From NCBI GenBank assembly GCA_964634675.1, contig CAZWLH010000001.1:1-58765 (forward strand): DNA of 58,765 nt, given 5' to 3'. The stretch is from an uncultured Eubacteriales bacterium. Its GTDB lineage: Bacteria; Bacillota; Clostridia; Oscillospirales; Acutalibacteraceae. Below the pieces are notes generated by a model, which saw nothing but the letters and a program-made list of their open reading frames with translations, was not told where the DNA came from and made no database searches. Of this stretch, positions 44,864-54,436 are shown one piece after another (the first letter of the stretch is position 1; the number at the start of each line of letters is the position of its first letter). The position numbers and the translations under genes were made by a program.

Positions 44864-45529
44864 ATGGACAGTATCACTGTAAATGAGCTTTATTCGCTCG
44901 ATAAAACAATAGCCTCCGAGCTTTTCTTGGGCAAAACATATCCTTGGGAGGTCTTGCCCTTTATTAAGGAATTTATTCCGAAGCTCGGTGCGACACTTGA
45001 CCCCGAGGTTTTCGATAAGGTCTGCGATGACGTTTGGATAGCCAAAAGCGCCAAGGTCTTTCCGTCGGCATACATTGCAGGTCCCTGTATAATCGATGAA
45101 GGTACAGAGATACGCCACTGTGCCTTTATAAGAGGCAGTGCGATAATCGGCAAGTCGGCAGTTGTCGGCAATTCGACCGAGGTCAAAAACGCCGTCATCT
45201 TCGACTGTGTTCAGATACCTCACTATAACTATGTCGGCGATTCGGTTTTGGGCTACCGCTCACATATGGGTGCCGGCTCTATAACCTCCAACGTCAAATC
45301 CGACAAGACACTTGTCAAGGTTTCGGCAAACGGTCAGCGCATTGAGACCGGAATGAAAAAGTTCGGTGCCATGCTCGGCGATTTTGTCGAGGTCGGCTGC
45401 GGCTCGGTGCTCAATCCCGGCACGGTCATAGGAAAGAACAGCAACGTCTATCCGCTTTCGTCGGTAAGGGGAACCGTTCCGGCAAACAGTATTTACAAAA
45501 AAGCGGGAGAGGTTGCCGAAAAGCACTGA
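44864..45529 (+). CDS. Left-handed beta-helix (hexapeptide-repeat) protein, GlmU C-terminal-like
   Basis: Start set at ATG 44864 (GAAGGAG RBS), giving 221 aa. It has repeated [LIV]-G-x-x-x-x hexapeptides (IGKSAVVGNSTEVKNAVI..., VGCGSVLNPGTVIGKNSNV). Confidence 0.75.
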   Translation: MDSITVNELYSLDKTIASELFLGKTYPWEVLPFIKEFIPKLGATLDPEVFDKVCDDVWIAKSAKVFPSAYIAGPCIIDEGTEIRHCAFIRGSAIIGKSAVVGNSTEVKNAVIFDCVQIPHYNYVGDSVLGYRSHMGAGSITSNVKSDKTLVKVSANGQRIETGMKKFGAMLGDFVEVGCGSVLNPGTVIGKNSNVYPLSSVRGTVPANSIYKKAGEVAEKH

Positions 45530-45542
45530 CGGCGGAAATTAT

Positions 45543-46094
45543 ATGGAAGTTTGGGACATACTTGACAGAAACGGTCAACCCATAGGCAAGACGGTCGAAC
45601 GAAGACGGGTCTGCCTTGCCAAGGGCGAATATCATCTTGTGGTGCACATATGGGTGCTCGGCAGCGACGGACGTGTGCTCATCCAACGGCGAAGCTTTGA
45701 CAAACCGCTGATGCCCGGCGAATGGGCGGCTATCGGCGGCAGTGCCGTGTCGGGCGAAACGGCCGAGGTCGCCGCCTGCCGTGAGCTTTGCGAGGAAATG
45801 GGCATTGAGGCAAGCGAATCCGAGCTTAAGCTTATCAAGCATATGGTTCGTAAGAATTCGATACTCAACATATTCTTGGTCTGCAAGACCCTCCCGGTAT
45901 CCGAGTTAAAGCTCCAGGCCGAGGAGGTCAGCGAAGCCAAATGGGTGCATCGAAACAAGCTTCGCCAAATGATAAAAAACGGCGAATTTCACAATTACGG
46001 CAAAGAATATTTTGAAGCGGTATTTGCGGCCTTTGACCGAAAATCCGCCCAAAGACGGAGAAAAAGAAAAAATGAATCAAGAAACAGAAAATAA
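45543..46094 (+). CDS. NUDIX hydrolase
   Basis: Nudix box GGSAVSGETAEVAACRELCEEMGI. Start set at ATG 45543 (MEVWDILDRNGQ). Confidence 0.85.
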   Translation: MEVWDILDRNGQPIGKTVERRRVCLAKGEYHLVVHIWVLGSDGRVLIQRRSFDKPLMPGEWAAIGGSAVSGETAEVAACRELCEEMGIEASESELKLIKHMVRKNSILNIFLVCKTLPVSELKLQAEEVSEAKWVHRNKLRQMIKNGEFHNYGKEYFEAVFAAFDRKSAQRRRKRKNESRNRK

Positions 46095-47037
46095 GCAGTG
46101 CCCTATATGCAAAGGCTATCTTTTCGAGGACGATGACGTTGTCGTCTGCCCCGTTTGCGGCGCTCCGCACCACAGAGATTGCTGGCAAACGGTCGGCCAT
46201 TGCGGTCTTGAGACCGATCACGGCACCGACCGTCAGTATGATAAGGCGGCTGCCAAGGCCGAAGAAGCTGCCGAAAAAGAGCGCAGCGAATCACGCGAGT
46301 GCGCCTATTGCGGACGGCTTTCCAACTCGCACGACGGCAACTTCTGCCCATACTGCGGACAGGCATATGACAACGGACGCCCCCACTCGCAAAGGGGCAA
46401 TGCACCTCACGTGTTTGTCGGCGGTATGCCGTTTAACGAAAATTCCTACGGCGGAATACCCAAGGACTCGAAGATCGAGGATGTAAAGGTCGAGCACATC
46501 GGCAAGTTTGTCGGCAGCAACGCACACCGTTATGTTCCGCGCTTTGCCGCTCTCAACAAGCACAGCAAGGGCTCTTGGAACTGGGCGGCCTTTTTGTCGC
46601 CGGAAGCTTGGTGCTTCTCGAGAAAAATGTATTTTCAGGGCGCTGTATTTCTTATACTCGCCATAGCGGCCGGTCTTTGTGCGTATCCGCTTGAGGTTGA
46701 GCTTGCACAGTTCTTGTCAGAGCAGGGCACTACCGCCTCTTACGGCACCTATAATCTCTTGATGAACAATATCGGCGAATTCAGCCTTTTATCAATAATT
46801 ATGGCGGTTGTAAGCACGGTACTGAGCCTTGTGCCCAAAATAATTTGCGGCAGAATGGGCGATTGGATGTACCGCAGCTTCACCTTGGACAGCGTTCGCA
46901 AGATCACCTCCGACGGTGAAGTCGAGGATCTTGATGCGACACTGCTTTCAAAGGGCAATGTAAGCCTGTGGCTTGCCGCTTTGATACTTTTCGTTTCAAG
47001 CTATTTGCCTCAGCTTATCGCAAGTATGCTATGGTAG
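46072..47037 (+). CDS. Zinc-ribbon/RING-like + DUF2628-like membrane protein
   Basis: Start set at ATG 46072 (GGAGAAAAAG RBS). It has the N-terminal motif CPICKG...CPVCGAPHHRDCW and a second C..C...C..C ribbon. The C-terminal segment WNWAAFLSPEAWCFSRKMY plus TM helices is typical of DUF2628. Confidence 0.7.
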   Translation: MNQETENKQCPICKGYLFEDDDVVVCPVCGAPHHRDCWQTVGHCGLETDHGTDRQYDKAAAKAEEAAEKERSESRECAYCGRLSNSHDGNFCPYCGQAYDNGRPHSQRGNAPHVFVGGMPFNENSYGGIPKDSKIEDVKVEHIGKFVGSNAHRYVPRFAALNKHSKGSWNWAAFLSPEAWCFSRKMYFQGAVFLILAIAAGLCAYPLEVELAQFLSEQGTTASYGTYNLLMNNIGEFSLLSIIMAVVSTVLSLVPKIICGRMGDWMYRSFTLDSVRKITSDGEVEDLDATLLSKGNVSLWLAALILFVSSYLPQLIASMLW

Positions 47038-47056
47038 CACTAAAGGAGGACGAGAT

Positions 47057-47929
47057 ATGATAAGAAAAGCCATTATCCCTGCGGCGGGGCTCGGAACACG
47101 TGTATTACCTGCATCGAAGGCGGTTCCGAAAGAGATGCTCCCGATAGTTGACAAGCCCGCAATACAGTATATTGTCGAAGAGGCGGTTGCCTCGGGTATT
47201 ACCGATATCCTTATAATCACCAACCGCGGAAAGGGTGTTATCGAGGATCACTTCGACCACTCCTTTGAGCTTGAGCATTTGTTGGCACAGCGCGGCGGCA
47301 AGGAGGACGTTTTGTCCGAGCTTAAGTCGGTCGCCAAGATGGCCAACATCTATTTCATAAGACAGAAAGAGGCAAAGGGTCTCGGTCACGCCGTGCTTTG
47401 CGCCAAAAGCTTTGTGCAGGATGAGCCGTTTGCGGTTATGTACGGTGACGACGTCATTATCAACAACAGCGACCCCGTTATAGGTCAGGTTGCACGTGCC
47501 TTTGACCGATACGGCAAATGTGCTGTCGGAATAAAAGAGGTCTCCGAAGAGCAGATCGTAAAATACAGCTCTATGAAGATCTCAAATCTCAACGATAACG
47601 TTTACGCTATCGACGATATGATCGAAAAGCCTTCGCTCGACAAGATATTTTCACTTTATTCCATACTCGGCCGCTGCGTGCTGACCCCCGATATTTTCGA
47701 CATTCTCGCAACCATTCCCACAGGTGCCGGCGGTGAGCTTCAGCTTACCGATGCCATGGCCGTTATGGCTCGCAAAAGCGGTATGGTCGGCGTTGATTTC
47801 GTCGGCACAAGATACGATATGGGCAACAAATTCGGCATATTGAAGGCCAACATTGAGGTCGGGCTCAATCACCCCGACGTCGGTGACGAGCTGAGAGCCT
47901 ATATCAAGAAAATAGCCTCCGAAATATAA
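47057..47929 (+). CDS. galU: UTP--glucose-1-phosphate uridylyltransferase
   Basis: 290 aa with motifs KAIIPAAGLGTRVLPASKAVPKEMLPIVDKP and VMYGDD. Confidence 0.95.
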   Translation: MIRKAIIPAAGLGTRVLPASKAVPKEMLPIVDKPAIQYIVEEAVASGITDILIITNRGKGVIEDHFDHSFELEHLLAQRGGKEDVLSELKSVAKMANIYFIRQKEAKGLGHAVLCAKSFVQDEPFAVMYGDDVIINNSDPVIGQVARAFDRYGKCAVGIKEVSEEQIVKYSSMKISNLNDNVYAIDDMIEKPSLDKIFSLYSILGRCVLTPDIFDILATIPTGAGGELQLTDAMAVMARKSGMVGVDFVGTRYDMGNKFGILKANIEVGLNHPDVGDELRAYIKKIASEI

Positions 47930-47945
47930 AACAGAGGGTGATATT

Positions 47946-48542
47946 TTGTCAAAATCAGCTCTTACCGAAAAGCAGAAAACGGTGTATTCTTATCTGCAAA
48001 AGACTTTGAGAAATTCGTATGTGCCCACAGTGAGAGAAATCTGTGAAGCGACCGGTATCCGCTCGACCTCTACCGTTCATGCGGCACTTGAGGCGCTTGC
48101 CGAGCAAGGCTATATCACGAGGAATTCAAACTCATCACGCAGTATAAGGCTTTCGGGTATGTCGGATTCGGCGATGGTTCCGATAGTCGGTAAGGTCACC
48201 GCCGGCAACCCGATTTTGGCGGTTGAGGAAATAGAAGGCTATATTCCCTACCCCATCTCCTCGGAGCGGTCGGACGGTGTTTTTGCCCTGCGTGTCAGCG
48301 GACTCAGTATGAGAGATGCCGGCATTTTGGACGGTGACATTATTTTTGCCGACCGAAATATGATCGGCCGTGACGGCGATATAGTCGTCGCTTTGATCGG
48401 CGAAGAGGCCACGGTCAAAAGACTTATTATGAAACGCGGCGAAAAGCCGTATCTGCAACCCGAAAATCCCGATTTCGACCCAATCTATCCGGAATTTATG
48501 GCAATTCTCGGCCGCGTGGTCGGAAGCTACAGAAAGTATTAG
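47946..48542 (+). CDS. lexA: LexA repressor
   Basis: 198 aa with a TTG start (GAGGGTG RBS). It has an N-terminal winged HTH, an AG cleavage site (VTAGNP), and Ser/Lys dyad context ([10 protein letters not shown]...VKRL). Confidence 0.9.
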   Translation: MSKSALTEKQKTVYSYLQKTLRNSYVPTVREICEATGIRSTSTVHAALEALAEQGYITRNSNSSRSIRLSGMSDSAMVPIVGKVTAGNPILAVEEIEGYIPYPISSERSDGVFALRVSGLSMRDAGILDGDIIFADRNMIGRDGDIVVALIGEEATVKRLIMKRGEKPYLQPENPDFDPIYPEFMAILGRVVGSYRKY

Positions 48543-48543
48543 T

Positions 48544-48984
48544 ATGAAAAAGGTTTACATTTTTACCGACGGTGCCTGCTCGGGCAATCCGGGCCCGGGC
48601 GGTTGGGGTGCCGTGCTCCGCTTCGGTGAGGCCGAGAAGGAGCTTTCGGGCTTCTGCGACGGCACAACCAACAACCGTATGGAGCTTACCGCCTGCATAA
48701 AAGCACTGCAATGCTTAAAAGAACCCTGCGAGGTGGTGCTGACCACCGATTCACAGTATGTCGTGAACGGCATAACCAAGGGCTGGGCTGTGTCGTGGCG
48801 GCGAAACGGTTGGAAAAAGTCCGATAAAAAGCCGGCTCTTAACTCCGACCTTTGGGCAGAGCTTTTGTCACTTTGCGAGACCCACGCCGTCACCTTCAAT
48901 TGGATAAAGGGTCACGCCGGTCACGAAGAAAACGAACGGTGCGACCGACTTGCGGTTGCCGAGTATACAAAGCATTTGAAATAG
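48544..48984 (+). CDS. rnhA: Ribonuclease HI
   Basis: 146 aa with motifs [27 protein letters not shown] and [12 protein letters not shown]. The start lies 1 nt after the lexA stop. Confidence 0.9.
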   Translation: MKKVYIFTDGACSGNPGPGGWGAVLRFGEAEKELSGFCDGTTNNRMELTACIKALQCLKEPCEVVLTTDSQYVVNGITKGWAVSWRRNGWKKSDKKPALNSDLWAELLSLCETHAVTFNWIKGHAGHEENERCDRLAVAEYTKHLK

Positions 48985-49065
48985 TGCAAAATCCACGGCA
49001 GTCGCTTTAACATTTAATGACGTGGAAATCGAAAGGTGTTTTATTCGATTTCCGTTCATTATATA

Positions 49066-49110
49066 GGGGTCAGTTCGCAAAATCCTGACCTAAAATAAAA
49101 CTACGGAGGA
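49066..49110 (+). promoter_or_regulatory. Candidate preQ1-I riboswitch (translational) upstream of queT
   Basis: P1 is GGTCAG/CTGACC (49068-49073 / 49085-49090). The loop TTCGCAAAATC ends in C and is followed by the A-rich tail TAAAATAAAACTA, then CGGAGG (SD). This layout parallels the Bacillus and Thermoanaerobacter preQ1-I aptamers as I recall them. Loop UCG can pair with CGG of the SD. Confidence 0.55.
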
Positions 49111-49116
49111 AATTTT

Positions 49117-49653
49117 ATGAGATCCACGCAAACGCTGTCACAAAAAGCCGTGACGGCGGCTCTTATTGCCGCCGCCTATGCTGTTCTCACCTATTTGTCT
49201 GCGGCAATGTGGCTTGCCTACGGAAGCATCCAGTTCCGACTTTCCGAGGCGCTGAACGTGCTTGCTCTGTTCACACCGGCGGCTGTACCGGGGCTTACGT
49301 TGGGCTGTGTGCTCGGTAATATTACAAGTCCGTTCGGCCCGATCGATATTCTGAGCGGTGCCGCCGCAACCTGCCTTTCAGCGGTATGCATAAGGCTTTT
49401 GTCAAAGCTTCCGCTTCGCTCCCTGCCGTTCCTTGCCGTTTTGCCGCCCGTCATTTTCAATGCGGTAACGGTGGGACTTGTCGCAACGGTCTTTTTGCCC
49501 GAGGGAGTGACTCTTTTCGGCTTTTTCCTGTCGGCCGGTGAGGTCGCTTTGGGTGAGGCGACGGTATGCACGGCATTGGGCGTTCCGCTGTATTACATAA
49601 TCAAAAAACGCTTCGGTGCACTGTTTCGCACCGATAACAGAGGTAGAAAATGA
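49117..49653 (+). CDS. queT: QueT family queuosine-precursor transporter
   Basis: 178 aa, polytopic, with QueT-like motifs (IQFRLSEALNVLALFTPAAVPGLTLGCVLGN). Confidence 0.8.
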   Translation: MRSTQTLSQKAVTAALIAAAYAVLTYLSAAMWLAYGSIQFRLSEALNVLALFTPAAVPGLTLGCVLGNITSPFGPIDILSGAAATCLSAVCIRLLSKLPLRSLPFLAVLPPVIFNAVTVGLVATVFLPEGVTLFGFFLSAGEVALGEATVCTALGVPLYYIIKKRFGALFRTDNRGRK

Positions 49654-50885
49654 AAAAGGTTCTGATAGTCGGCGGCGGTGCCGCAGGACTTATGGCAGGC
49701 TATGCCGCCGCAGCCTGCGGAGCAAGGGTCACCGTGCTTGAACGCAATGCACGCCCGGCGAGAAAGGTTATGATAACCGGAAAGGGACGTTGTAACGTCA
49801 CAAACAACACCGATGTGAACGGTCTTGTCGCTTCGGTTCCAGACGGCGGACGGTTTCTTTATTCGGCCTTCGGCGGTTGGTCGTCGGAGGACACTATGCG
49901 TTTCTTCGAGGATTTCGGCGTTCCGCTCAAAACCGAGCGTGGCAACCGTGTTTTTCCCGTCAGCGACAAGGCGGTCGACATAGTCGATGCACTCGTCAAG
50001 GCGGTAAGATCGGTCGGTGCCGATATACTTTGTGAGCGTGTTACCTCGGTTTCGCAAGACGGTGACGGCTTCTCGGTTCTCACCGAAAGCGGAAAATTCT
50101 TCGAAGCCGACTCGGTCATAATTGCGACAGGAGGTCTTTCTTACCCCACGACCGGCTCAACGGGCGACGGATATGCGTTTGCAAAAGCTGTGGGGCACCG
50201 TGTCACCTCTTTGAGACCTTCACTTGTGCCCTTGAACGTTGCCGAGGGATGGTGCTCGTCCGTTCAGGGACTGAGCTTGAAAAACATCGGCGTAAGGGTG
50301 CTTAAAGAAGGCTCTTCAAAGCCGGCTTTTTCCGATTTCGGTGAGCTTATGTTCACACATTACGGACTGTCGGGACCTGTCATTCTCAGTGCCTCGGCCT
50401 ATATAAAGGAGCCGAAAGCGCAGACACATACCGTCGTTATCGACTTAAAGCCTGCCTTAACGGTAGAAAAGCTCGACGAACGCATTTGCCGTGATTTCGA
50501 AAAATTCAACAATAAAATTTTTCTCAATTCACTCGGTGATCTGCTTCCGAGAAAGCTTATTCCCGTCATCGTCAAGCTGTCACGCATAGAACCGACCGCA
50601 AAGGTCAATCAAATAACGCGTGAGCAAAGACGCGGCTTGGCCGAGCTTTTGAAATCACTGACACTGACCGTTACCGATTTTAGGCCGATAGATGAAGCCA
50701 TTGTCACAAAGGGCGGTGTCGCACTCACCGAAATAAGCCCCAAAACTATGGAGTCGAAGCTCGTTAAGGGTCTTTATTTCGCAGGTGAGGTGCTCGATGT
50801 CGATGCATTCACGGGTGGCTTCAATCTTCAAATTGCTTTTTCCACGGGCTATGCCGCAGGATCGGCGGCAGGAAGCCTTTACTAA
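49650..50885 (+). CDS. NAD(P)/FAD-dependent oxidoreductase (HI0933/BaiN-like flavoprotein)
   Basis: 411 aa with motifs VLIVGGGAAGLMAG and ITGKGRCNVTN, plus the C-terminal AGEVLDVDAFTGGFNLQ. Confidence 0.85.
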   Translation: MKKVLIVGGGAAGLMAGYAAAACGARVTVLERNARPARKVMITGKGRCNVTNNTDVNGLVASVPDGGRFLYSAFGGWSSEDTMRFFEDFGVPLKTERGNRVFPVSDKAVDIVDALVKAVRSVGADILCERVTSVSQDGDGFSVLTESGKFFEADSVIIATGGLSYPTTGSTGDGYAFAKAVGHRVTSLRPSLVPLNVAEGWCSSVQGLSLKNIGVRVLKEGSSKPAFSDFGELMFTHYGLSGPVILSASAYIKEPKAQTHTVVIDLKPALTVEKLDERICRDFEKFNNKIFLNSLGDLLPRKLIPVIVKLSRIEPTAKVNQITREQRRGLAELLKSLTLTVTDFRPIDEAIVTKGGVALTEISPKTMESKLVKGLYFAGEVLDVDAFTGGFNLQIAFSTGYAAGSAAGSLY

Positions 50886-50903
50886 AATATTGGGGGATTT
50901 TTT

Positions 50904-51587
50904 ATGTCAGAGAAAACTAATGCAATAGCCATTGACGGGCCTGCCGGTGCCGGCAAAAGCACTATTGCGAGAGCAGCGGCCGAAAAGCTCGGCTATATTT
51001 ATGTCGACACGGGTGCCCTTTACCGCACGGTAGCTTACAGCGTGCTTTGCGAGGGCATTGACCCCGAAGACGGTGATGCCGTGGCACGGCATCTGAACGG
51101 TATTTCGGTCGACCTTAAATATATCGACGGCGAGCAAAGGGTATTTCTCAACAACGAAGACGTTTCAAAGCTCATAAGAACCCCGACCGTCGCAATGACC
51201 GCCTCGAAAACCTCGGCAAATCCGAAGGTAAGAGAGTTTCTTTTGGATCTTCAGCGCTCGATAGCCGCCGAAAACAATGTTGTAATGGACGGACGTGACA
51301 TTGCCACGGTCGTTTTGCCCGATGCAAAAGTCAAGATTTTCCTGACCGCAAGTGCCGAGGTCAGGGCGCGCCGTCGCTTTGACGAGCTGAAGCTGAAGGG
51401 CACCGAGATAAGCTTTGATGAGGTGCTTAAGGATATAAAGCTTCGTGACGAGCAGGATATGAACCGCCCGGTGGCTCCGCTTAAGCCTGCCGACGGCTCG
51501 GTCACGGTCGACACCTCGGAGCTTAACCTTGAGCAGTCGATCGAGGCTTTGCTGAAGGTTATTAAAGAAGCACTTGAACGGGAGTAA
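50904..51587 (+). CDS. cmk: Cytidylate kinase
   Basis: 227 aa with motifs IAIDGPAGAGKST and DGRD. Confidence 0.95.
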   Translation: MSEKTNAIAIDGPAGAGKSTIARAAAEKLGYIYVDTGALYRTVAYSVLCEGIDPEDGDAVARHLNGISVDLKYIDGEQRVFLNNEDVSKLIRTPTVAMTASKTSANPKVREFLLDLQRSIAAENNVVMDGRDIATVVLPDAKVKIFLTASAEVRARRRFDELKLKGTEISFDEVLKDIKLRDEQDMNRPVAPLKPADGSVTVDTSELNLEQSIEALLKVIKEALERE

Positions 51588-51590
51588 GCG

Positions 51591-53567
51591 ATGAGTGAGA
51601 TAATTCTGGCTTCGACGGCCGGCTTCTGCTTCGGCGTGAACCGTGCGGTCGAAATGGTCGAAAAGCTTTTGTCCGACGGTAAGAAGGTTGCCACCTTAGG
51701 CCCGATAATCCATAATCCTCAGCTTGTTGCCGAGCTTGAGGCGAGGGGTGCCCGGATAGTAAGTGACCCCGAGGAAGTGAAAAGCGGCGAGATACTCGTC
51801 CTTCGCTCACACGGAGTTGCACTCGAGGTTGTCGAAAAGGCGGCTCGACTCAACGTCGAAACGGCCGATGCGACCTGCCCCTTTGTCGCAAAGATACATA
51901 AGCTCGTCGCCGAAGCGGGTGAGCTCGGCAGAACGGTTTTGATAGCCGGCGACAAAAATCACAAGGAGGTCGAGGGCATAATCGGCCACTGCAAGGGGCC
52001 TTATTATGTTTTCGCAAATGAGCAAGAGCTTGAAAATTTGTGTAATTCGGGCGAAATTTCACCCGAAACCGAGGTTACTGCGGTCTCTCAGACCACTTTT
52101 AACACGGAACTTTGGAAAAAGTGTCAAAAAATTTTAAAAAAACTCTATACAAATGCGAAAATTTTTGATACAATATGTAATGCTACTTCGAAAAGACAGC
52201 AGGAAGCATATGATCTGGCATCACGCTGTGATGTTATGATCGTCGTCGGCGGTAAGCACAGCTCCAACACGTGCAAGCTTGCGCAGGTTTGCAGCGATGT
52301 GTGCAGAAGGACGGTTCACGTTGAAACCGCAGCCGAGCTTGACCGAGAGATGATCGCCGATGCGTGCCTTATCGGAGTTGCGGCCGGGGCTTCAACGCCG
52401 TCCGGTATAATAAAGGAGGTTCTAAACACCATGCAAGAAATGCAGAGCCCTGCAATGCAGGAAACAATCAACGATGAAATGTCTTTCGAGGAGATGCTTA
52501 ACGCAACCGAAAGCAGTTCAAATACAGACCAGAAGGTAAAGGGCATCGTTCTCGCCGTCAACCCGACCGAGATTCAGGTGGATATCTGCAGAAAACATAC
52601 CGGTTATGTCACCGCCGCCGAGTTCTCCAACGATCCGTCCGTTAAGCTTACCGAGGCTGTTAAGGTCGGAGATGAGCTTGACCTCATCATTATGCGCACT
52701 AACGATCAGGAAGGCACCGTAATGCTTTCCAAGAAGCGCTTTGACGCCATTGCAGGCTGGGACAAGGTTCTTGCCGCAAAGGAAAGCGAAGAGGTCATTG
52801 AGGCTACTGTTGCCGATGTCGTAAAGGGCGGCGTTGTCGCTTTCTATGAAGGCATCAGAGTTTTCATTCCGGCTTCTCAGGCCACCCTTTCGAGAAACGA
52901 CGATCTCGAAGCATTGAAGGGTCAGCCCATTAAGTTCCGCATCATCGAAATCGGCCAGCGTCGCCGTGTTATCGGCTCGGCACGTGCCGTTTTGAAGGAG
53001 CAGAAGAGCGCAGCAGAAGAGAAGTTCTGGTCAAGCGTTGCCGTCGGCGACCGCTTCACCGGTACCGTTAAGTCCATCACCGGCTACGGCGCATTCGTAG
53101 ACCTCGGCGGTGTTGACGGAATGGTTCACATTTCCGAGCTCTCCTGGGAGCGCATCAAGCATCCTTCCGAGGTCGTTAAGGTCGGAGATACCCTCGACGT
53201 ATATGTCAAGGCTATCGACGAAGAGAAGAAGAAGATATCTCTCGGCTACAAGAAGGCCGACGAGAATCCTTGGGAAATCTTTAAAGCAAAGTATGCCGTC
53301 GGCGATGTTGTCACCGTTAAGATCGTAAGTATGACTACATACGGTGCATTTGCAAGAATCATCGCAGGCGTTGACGGCCTTATCCACATTTCTCAGATCG
53401 CTGACCGCCGTATCGAGAAGCCCGGCGACGAGCTTACCGTAGGTCAGGAAGTCAATGCAAAGATCATCGACATCGATCTTGACAAGAAGCGTGTAAGCCT
53501 TTCTATCCGTGCTCTCATCGAGAAGAGCGAGGATGCAGAGGAAACCGCCGAAGCAACCGAGGAATAA
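51591..53567 (+). CDS. ispH: Bifunctional 4-hydroxy-3-methylbut-2-enyl diphosphate reductase (IspH) / ribosomal protein S1-like
   Basis: 658 aa. The N-terminal ~280 aa is IspH/LytB (GFCFGVNRAV, ATCPFV, NTCKL). The C-terminal part carries four S1 domains (GYGAFVDLGGVDGMVHISE etc.). Confidence 0.9.
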   Translation: MSEIILASTAGFCFGVNRAVEMVEKLLSDGKKVATLGPIIHNPQLVAELEARGARIVSDPEEVKSGEILVLRSHGVALEVVEKAARLNVETADATCPFVAKIHKLVAEAGELGRTVLIAGDKNHKEVEGIIGHCKGPYYVFANEQELENLCNSGEISPETEVTAVSQTTFNTELWKKCQKILKKLYTNAKIFDTICNATSKRQQEAYDLASRCDVMIVVGGKHSSNTCKLAQVCSDVCRRTVHVETAAELDREMIADACLIGVAAGASTPSGIIKEVLNTMQEMQSPAMQETINDEMSFEEMLNATESSSNTDQKVKGIVLAVNPTEIQVDICRKHTGYVTAAEFSNDPSVKLTEAVKVGDELDLIIMRTNDQEGTVMLSKKRFDAIAGWDKVLAAKESEEVIEATVADVVKGGVVAFYEGIRVFIPASQATLSRNDDLEALKGQPIKFRIIEIGQRRRVIGSARAVLKEQKSAAEEKFWSSVAVGDRFTGTVKSITGYGAFVDLGGVDGMVHISELSWERIKHPSEVVKVGDTLDVYVKAIDEEKKKISLGYKKADENPWEIFKAKYAVGDVVTVKIVSMTTYGAFARIIAGVDGLIHISQIADRRIEKPGDELTVGQEVNAKIIDIDLDKKRVSLSIRALIEKSEDAEETAEATEE

Positions 53568-53579
53568 TTGCAGTTTAGA

Positions 53580-53632
53580 GGGTGAGCGGCAGGCACCGTG
53601 CTTTGCGGTGCCTTAGCCGTTTACCCTTTTTT
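53580..53632 (+). terminator. Rho-independent terminator after ispH-rpsA
   Basis: Long compound stem GGGTGAGCGGC-AGGCACCG...CGGTGCCT-GCCGTTTACCC, with two G-U pairs valid only on the plus strand, followed by TTTTTT. Confidence 0.85.
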
Positions 53633-53692
53633 AAATTCCGGTGCCTTTGCCGGAACCGCCGTTACGGTAATTTAATTTTATGAGGTGACATA

Positions 53693-54436
53693 ATGACTAA
53701 CACGAAAGCCGCAGGTAAAATTTTGGGCATGATGCTGTTTACCGCATTTCTGTGTATGTTCGTACAGTTTTCGTTCCACTTTATGCTGAAGAGCTTTGCG
53801 ACCGAGGTCGTCGGTTACGAGGTTCACCGCGTTTCTGAGGACGGAAGCTCCGAGGATCTCGGATTCATAGATAAATCGGAAAAGCCCGCAAACCCCGAGA
53901 ATAATATGAAATATGTTTCGGTTTTTTCCGAGATGCCCAAGAGCGCCAAGGCCGTCGAGGTCGTTTTAAGCACCGTTTTCAGCTTAGGCATACTTTTCTG
54001 CACCACAGGCTCGGTTCTTGCCGATATTGCGGCGAAGGATCGCAACAACTGCGACTTCAACGGTGCAGAGCACAATAAAAACAGGGGACTCATTATCGGA
54101 CTTATCACTGCCGTTCCGCTTTTTGTTTTATACCTTGCGACCCTTATTCTTCGGTTCTTGCCGTCGAGCAATGCCGCAAATTGGTATTTCTGGGTCTATC
54201 GCTTCATTGTTTTGGGCCCCGTCAAGCCCATAAATGACGTGATAACGAATTCTGCAACGCAGCTGACAAAGGTTTCGCTTTCGTGGACGGTTTTCCATAT
54301 TGCTTATCTGCTGCTTTTCGTTTTGTTCTGCTACCTGATGTACCGCATATGCTACAACGAGGACTCCGTTTTGGCAAAGCTGCTTTACAAAAGCAAAAGA
54401 CAGGACAGTAATACAAGAAGATTGGGTGGCCGCTGA
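53693..54436 (+). CDS. Hypothetical polytopic membrane protein
   Basis: 247 aa with about 5 TM helices. Its stop overlaps the next start (TGATG). Confidence 0.55.
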   Translation: MTNTKAAGKILGMMLFTAFLCMFVQFSFHFMLKSFATEVVGYEVHRVSEDGSSEDLGFIDKSEKPANPENNMKYVSVFSEMPKSAKAVEVVLSTVFSLGILFCTTGSVLADIAAKDRNNCDFNGAEHNKNRGLIIGLITAVPLFVLYLATLILRFLPSSNAANWYFWVYRFIVLGPVKPINDVITNSATQLTKVSLSWTVFHIAYLLLFVLFCYLMYRICYNEDSVLAKLLYKSKRQDSNTRRLGGR

